Shown here in pieces: positions 59,781-64,000 of a stretch of DNA of 64,000 nt. The position numbers were made by a program, and so were the translations under genes. The notes under the pieces are model-generated. The model worked only from the letters and a program-made list of their open reading frames with translations. It was not told the origin of the DNA and ran no database searches. The DNA is taken from assembly GCF_011745625.1 (NCBI RefSeq), contig NW_027191455.1, positions 992,001 through 1,056,000 of the forward strand, given 5' to 3'. This DNA comes from Cladosporium halotolerans (Eukaryota). Position 1 is the first letter of the stretch; each line of letters begins with the position of its first letter.

Positions 59781-61349
59781 TCGCTCTTGCCTACCTCGAA
59801 GACCTACCTTCACTTCATTCACCTGCGAATTTCGCGCGCTCGCGCAGTAAGCCATCGTCAAGCACAAGTGCCACCAGGCATCACCAACTCTTCTTCCTCG
59901 CATGCGTTCCCCTACGGTCGAACAAATCTCTTCCTCTCGGAACAGCCAGTCAGCCAGACCGCACCGCTCACGCGAGTCTCACGGTCTTGCCCCGATGGTC
60001 AAAGACCACAGGCGTGCACAGAAGCACCTCAGCCCATCCCTTGCGCAATCTCCCACCCCATACCCATCCAGTCAGCTTCTCTAGGTCCAGGAAATCCACC
60101 GCTGAAGCCATGTAGCACCGGCACAGCTACACCCCCGACAAACGTAGCACAAGTTTGCCTGGCACCTTACAGGCCCTGCGTACACGGCAGGCAGCGAGGT
60201 CCAACGGCCAGGGCCAGGACCAAGCCAAACAATCGACTACGCCCATCCAGCCCTCGCTCCCAGAATCGCAGTCTTACGGGCCGCAGGCATGCACGTCGAA
60301 CAATCCACCTGGCTTTTGCTCTCACAGCCACGGCCAGGCCCACGAACCCGCACACTGGCGAAAATCGTAGTACCAGTGGCGCCACGCCTCCAAGCCCAGC
60401 GCCCCATAGCCCTCGATACGCGACACAAATCCCGACCAAGCCCACGAACTCCCGACCCCAGCCCACGAAACCGCAAGGATAAAAAGAAAGTTCCCCTCGC
60501 GCCTCGCTTCGCGTCTGCGACGCGCTTGTGGCGCTGGGGGGGGGGTTGCGTCAGCTTTCCTTTGTGAAGCTCTGAGCTTGCTTCGGGTTCTGGGTTCGGC
60601 GATGGTGCGGTGTTTAGGGGCGGGGGGGAGAGTTTGCTTCGCCTTGCCTCGCCTTGCGTGAGATTGGGAAAGCTAGTTGGTATTTGGGGTGAGCACGTGG
60701 GGTTAGCGAGAGGAAACCGTGATGGGACTGCGCGTGCCCGTAGCGCGAGCACGTAGTGTGCGATGATGGAGATGGGGAGCTGAACTTGAAACCCTCAAGC
60801 CGTTCAGCAGTGGGCCTCCATCTCCTGTCTCGCTTCACGAGAGTGATGAAACGAGAGGATCTGGGGAGAGGAGAAGAGCGTGTGGAGGGGAGCGGAGAGC
60901 GCCGCGCAACGGCTTGCAGAGCAAGGATCGGCGTCGGCACAAACGCTCGGTTCGGCGGCTTCATCCATCCATCACAACAGTCGAAGCGGCGCGAAAACCC
61001 TTGCTACAGTATTGTGTACGGGGCGGCGAAATGTGAAACGTGAGAAATGGAGCCGAGGTGAAAGATGAGAGCACAAGCTGGACGATCGTGTCACATTTGA
61101 GAACTTTCGCCAAAGGCTTGGATCGTTGTGATGATCAATTGTGCATTGAGCAATATCTCGTTGGAGTAGCATTAATAGTAGTAAAGTAGTAAAAGTAAAG
61201 AGGATTCGTTAGCCCAACCCGGTGCGCCAGACGAAAAAATGCTACAAGTCTATCGGTCTTGCTGCTGCCGCTTTCGCGAGCAAACGGGTATTAACAATGA
61301 TGCAAAAAATAGCAAGCGAGAACGCCGCACGCTCTGAACCGAGCTGCGT

Positions 61350-62574
61350 CTACTTGCTCGGCGCCGCGGCGCGCTTGCGGTCGAGCTCGACCTTGCTGTA
61401 GTACGCCGCACCAAGCACGGTGATGAGCATTCCGACGCCGTTGAGCGGTGTGACGGTCACCGCGAACAGCACAATACCCAGGAGGATTGTGAGGCATTGC
61501 TTCAGGTTTCCGCAGACGGAGACGGTGAGGGCGCCGGCGACCTTGTTGGTCTGGAAGGAGACGATGTTGAGGGAGAAGGCCATGGCGCCGTTGCAGAAGA
61601 TGGAGAAGAGGAAGGCCTTGCCGAAGACGCCCTGGTCGATTGCGTCGCTGAGGCCGGCGAACTCGCCGCCGGCGTAGGCGTAGAAGAGGCATTGGATGGC
61701 GGCAAGCGGAGACATGCGGAAGAGGACTTCCATGGCGGAGAGGGCGAGGGAGCCGGTCATGAGGCGGTTGGTGGCGACGGTTTTGACGGCAGCGAGGAAG
61801 ACACCGAGGAGAGTGAGGAGGAATCCGATCATGGTGAAATAGTAGTCGCCGAAAGTTGCGAGGCCGACGCCGAAGATGAGCGGGATCATGGAGATGTAGG
61901 TGTCGCGGGAGTAGGAGCGGCCGTAGACGACGCGGTAGATGATGATGGTTGCGACGGGGCAGGTGGATCGCAGGACTTGGTGGAATGGTACGGATACGAG
62001 CGCGCTGTAATTGGGTCAGTAGGTGAGGATGAGCGCACACGGCAGGTGAACACTTACAGGGAGACATTGCTAATCGCGATGTTGAGCGTGAAGAGGGTGG
62101 AAAAGGCGACCAAGATGAGGTTCTCCTTGGTGCCTAACCGCGAGAGCTTCAATTGGCCGGTGAGCAGGAGAATTGAGCATCCGATGAAGGTCGACGCGGT
62201 GTGTAGGACAGTGAGAAGCCATGGGAGTTTAGCCTAAGCGGTGTCAGTTGATTGATCATCTCTTCACTGGATCGACTTTGTGTACTCACAGTCTTCATCA
62301 ATGCCTTGTTCGAGAGAGTCAACCCCAGACTGAGGAAAAAGTACAAGCCCAGGAAGACCAGCTTCTTGGTTGTGGATGTGCTGTATTCGAGAGGCTGTGC
62401 TGAAGGCTGCTGGGCGGGCGTCGCTGTCTGTGCCTCCAGGTCCTCGTCGTCCTTGTTCAGAGGCGCATCGCTGGAGATGGAGGTCCGCTCCAGGCTGTAC
62501 TTCTCGGCTTCTGACGAGTGGTGTGAAAGGTGCGAAAGCTCGGAGCTTTGCCTGTGGTGTGTCTTCGCAGCCAT
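61350..62574 (-). CDS. Triose-phosphate/nucleotide-sugar transporter family protein; introns 62234-62289 and 62005-62057
   Basis: LTLSNKALM, NIAISNVSLALVSVPFHQVLRST.P, F.TNKVAGALTVSVCGNLKQCLTI and multiple TM helices. Confidence 0.9.
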
Positions 62575-64000
62575 GGTGCCGATTGTTCCCTGTCACGCGA
62601 GACACCTCTTCCCGATCGATTTCCCTAGCTAGCTCCACGATGCGAAGAAGGATACAAGACGAGGATTGGAAGAGTGGAGGAGTTGGCGAGGCCGGTGTGT
62701 GCGGATGTATGCTGTAATGACTGGGTGAAAGAATGGCGGAGAGCAGATCGTGGGTCGCAGGATGACTTCAGCCTCAGTCCGCGGAGCCGTGGAGGACAGT
62801 CGTACTAGAACGAGAGCAGGTCGTGGGGACGAGTGGGCCGGCGGGCGTCGCGATCTAAGACCAGCGCAGCCCAAGTCGAAACGGTGATTCCGGAATTGCA
62901 TGGGCAGCTGCGCGACTGTCGGGTGGGCCAATCGGCAATTAGCCGCGCCCGGCGCCGGCTCGGCAGGGTTGGCGCGCTGGTCATTTGCGAGCAATGCGAG
63001 CCTGAGGCGCGGCGGAGCAGATGAGCAGGGCGGGCGCGCGTGAGAGCCGAGTCTTTAGCGCCACCGCGCCCGAGCCCTGCGAGCCAGCGAGCCTTGGTGC
63101 TGCCCTACGAGCTGCAGTAATTACACACGCTGCAACCTTGTGCACGCCTTGCCGCACGCGTGTGCAAACAATCGCCGCGAGCACACAATCGCTGCGAGCA
63201 CACCATCACCGCGGCGTTGCGCGTACTAACAAACAGGCACCGCGCGCGACTCGGGCGGTGCGAGGCGAGGGAGGATCACGACATGCACGCCAGCGCTGCA
63301 GCACAGCAGCGTGTTGACGTACGGATACGGCGCTCGCGGGCCTGCAGCCCTTCGCATCCGGCAGGCTCAGGATCAGGCACCGTGGGCACCTCGCGGGCCA
63401 GCCGTGCCACTGTGCCCGCTCGCAACCTTCCGACTCTTCCGCGCCAAGCAGCCCTGCCTTGCGCGCTCCGCCCGCCGCAACGGTGCGCCAACTGTTCTCC
63501 ACCGCCGTTTATTTTCAGCAGATGCTTTTGCCCAGCGCGGTGGGCGGCGTGGGCGGCTCGGCCAGAGACAGCACGCCAGGAACGATCTGGAGCGACGAGT
63601 GACAACACAGCCTGCGGTGCGAAGGTTGGCGTGGTTGGCGATCGCCGTGGGCCAGCGATCGCGGGCCCTCTCTTCCTGGCGCAGCTGGGGCACTGCCTAG
63701 CTCATTATTCTTATTATTTAATCTTCAATGCAATTTTGTGTTCGGCCGAGGAAGTCTACGCCGCGGGTGGGCTTTGTGGCGGAGACATACCGTTCCGACC
63801 GGCGGGCAGACTACCAGCACACTTGCTAGCAGCGCTACACAGGACGGGCAGGATAGATAGGCGCGTTATCGCGGTGGCGTGAGATAGAGCGAGCCGAGCG
63901 GCGGAGGCTCCCCAAGGCTCGTCGCGCTGCCTGCCGCATCCGCCATGGGTTGGGCAGGCCAGCTGGACTGGCTGAACTGGCTGGAGGCCACGCACGCTCC

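Noticed and set aside
62600..64000. GC-rich ORFs up to 240 aa at the window end
   Set aside because: No motifs and overlapping in all frames; probably the upstream region of the TPT-family gene.

Overview
Gene-dense, intron-containing eukaryotic DNA from a filamentous ascomycete. GT..AG introns with CTRAC-type branch points are seen directly; a Dothideomycete origin is my inference from the proteins. I can support about 23 protein-coding loci and found no tRNA, rRNA, transposon or CRISPR. Housekeeping genes: SSN3/CDK8, THG1, RPB1, SWD1. Transporters: MFS sugar porter, monocarboxylate-type MFS, amino acid permease, NCS1 permease, TPT-family transporter. Others: a laccase-type multicopper oxidase, a PTH11-like membrane protein, a DUF6594-like protein and several hypotheticals. 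Points of most interest: (1) a tandem pair of uncharacterised paralogues with a BTB-like N-terminal region and an atypical C-terminal Cx2Cx6Cx15Cx2Cx6C cluster, one copy broken by a single in-frame TAG that aligns with Gln in its twin; (2) a GH31 alpha-xylosidase / Zn2Cys6 factor / MFS / GH28 exopolygalacturonase block whose divergent promoter holds a CCG-N7-CGG palindrome; (3) a degenerate glycosyltransferase-like gene split by one TAG in a partly leaky context; (4) a terminal intron in RPB1 that the ORF track misses. Gene models were built by hand and family names come from recalled motifs, not database searches.
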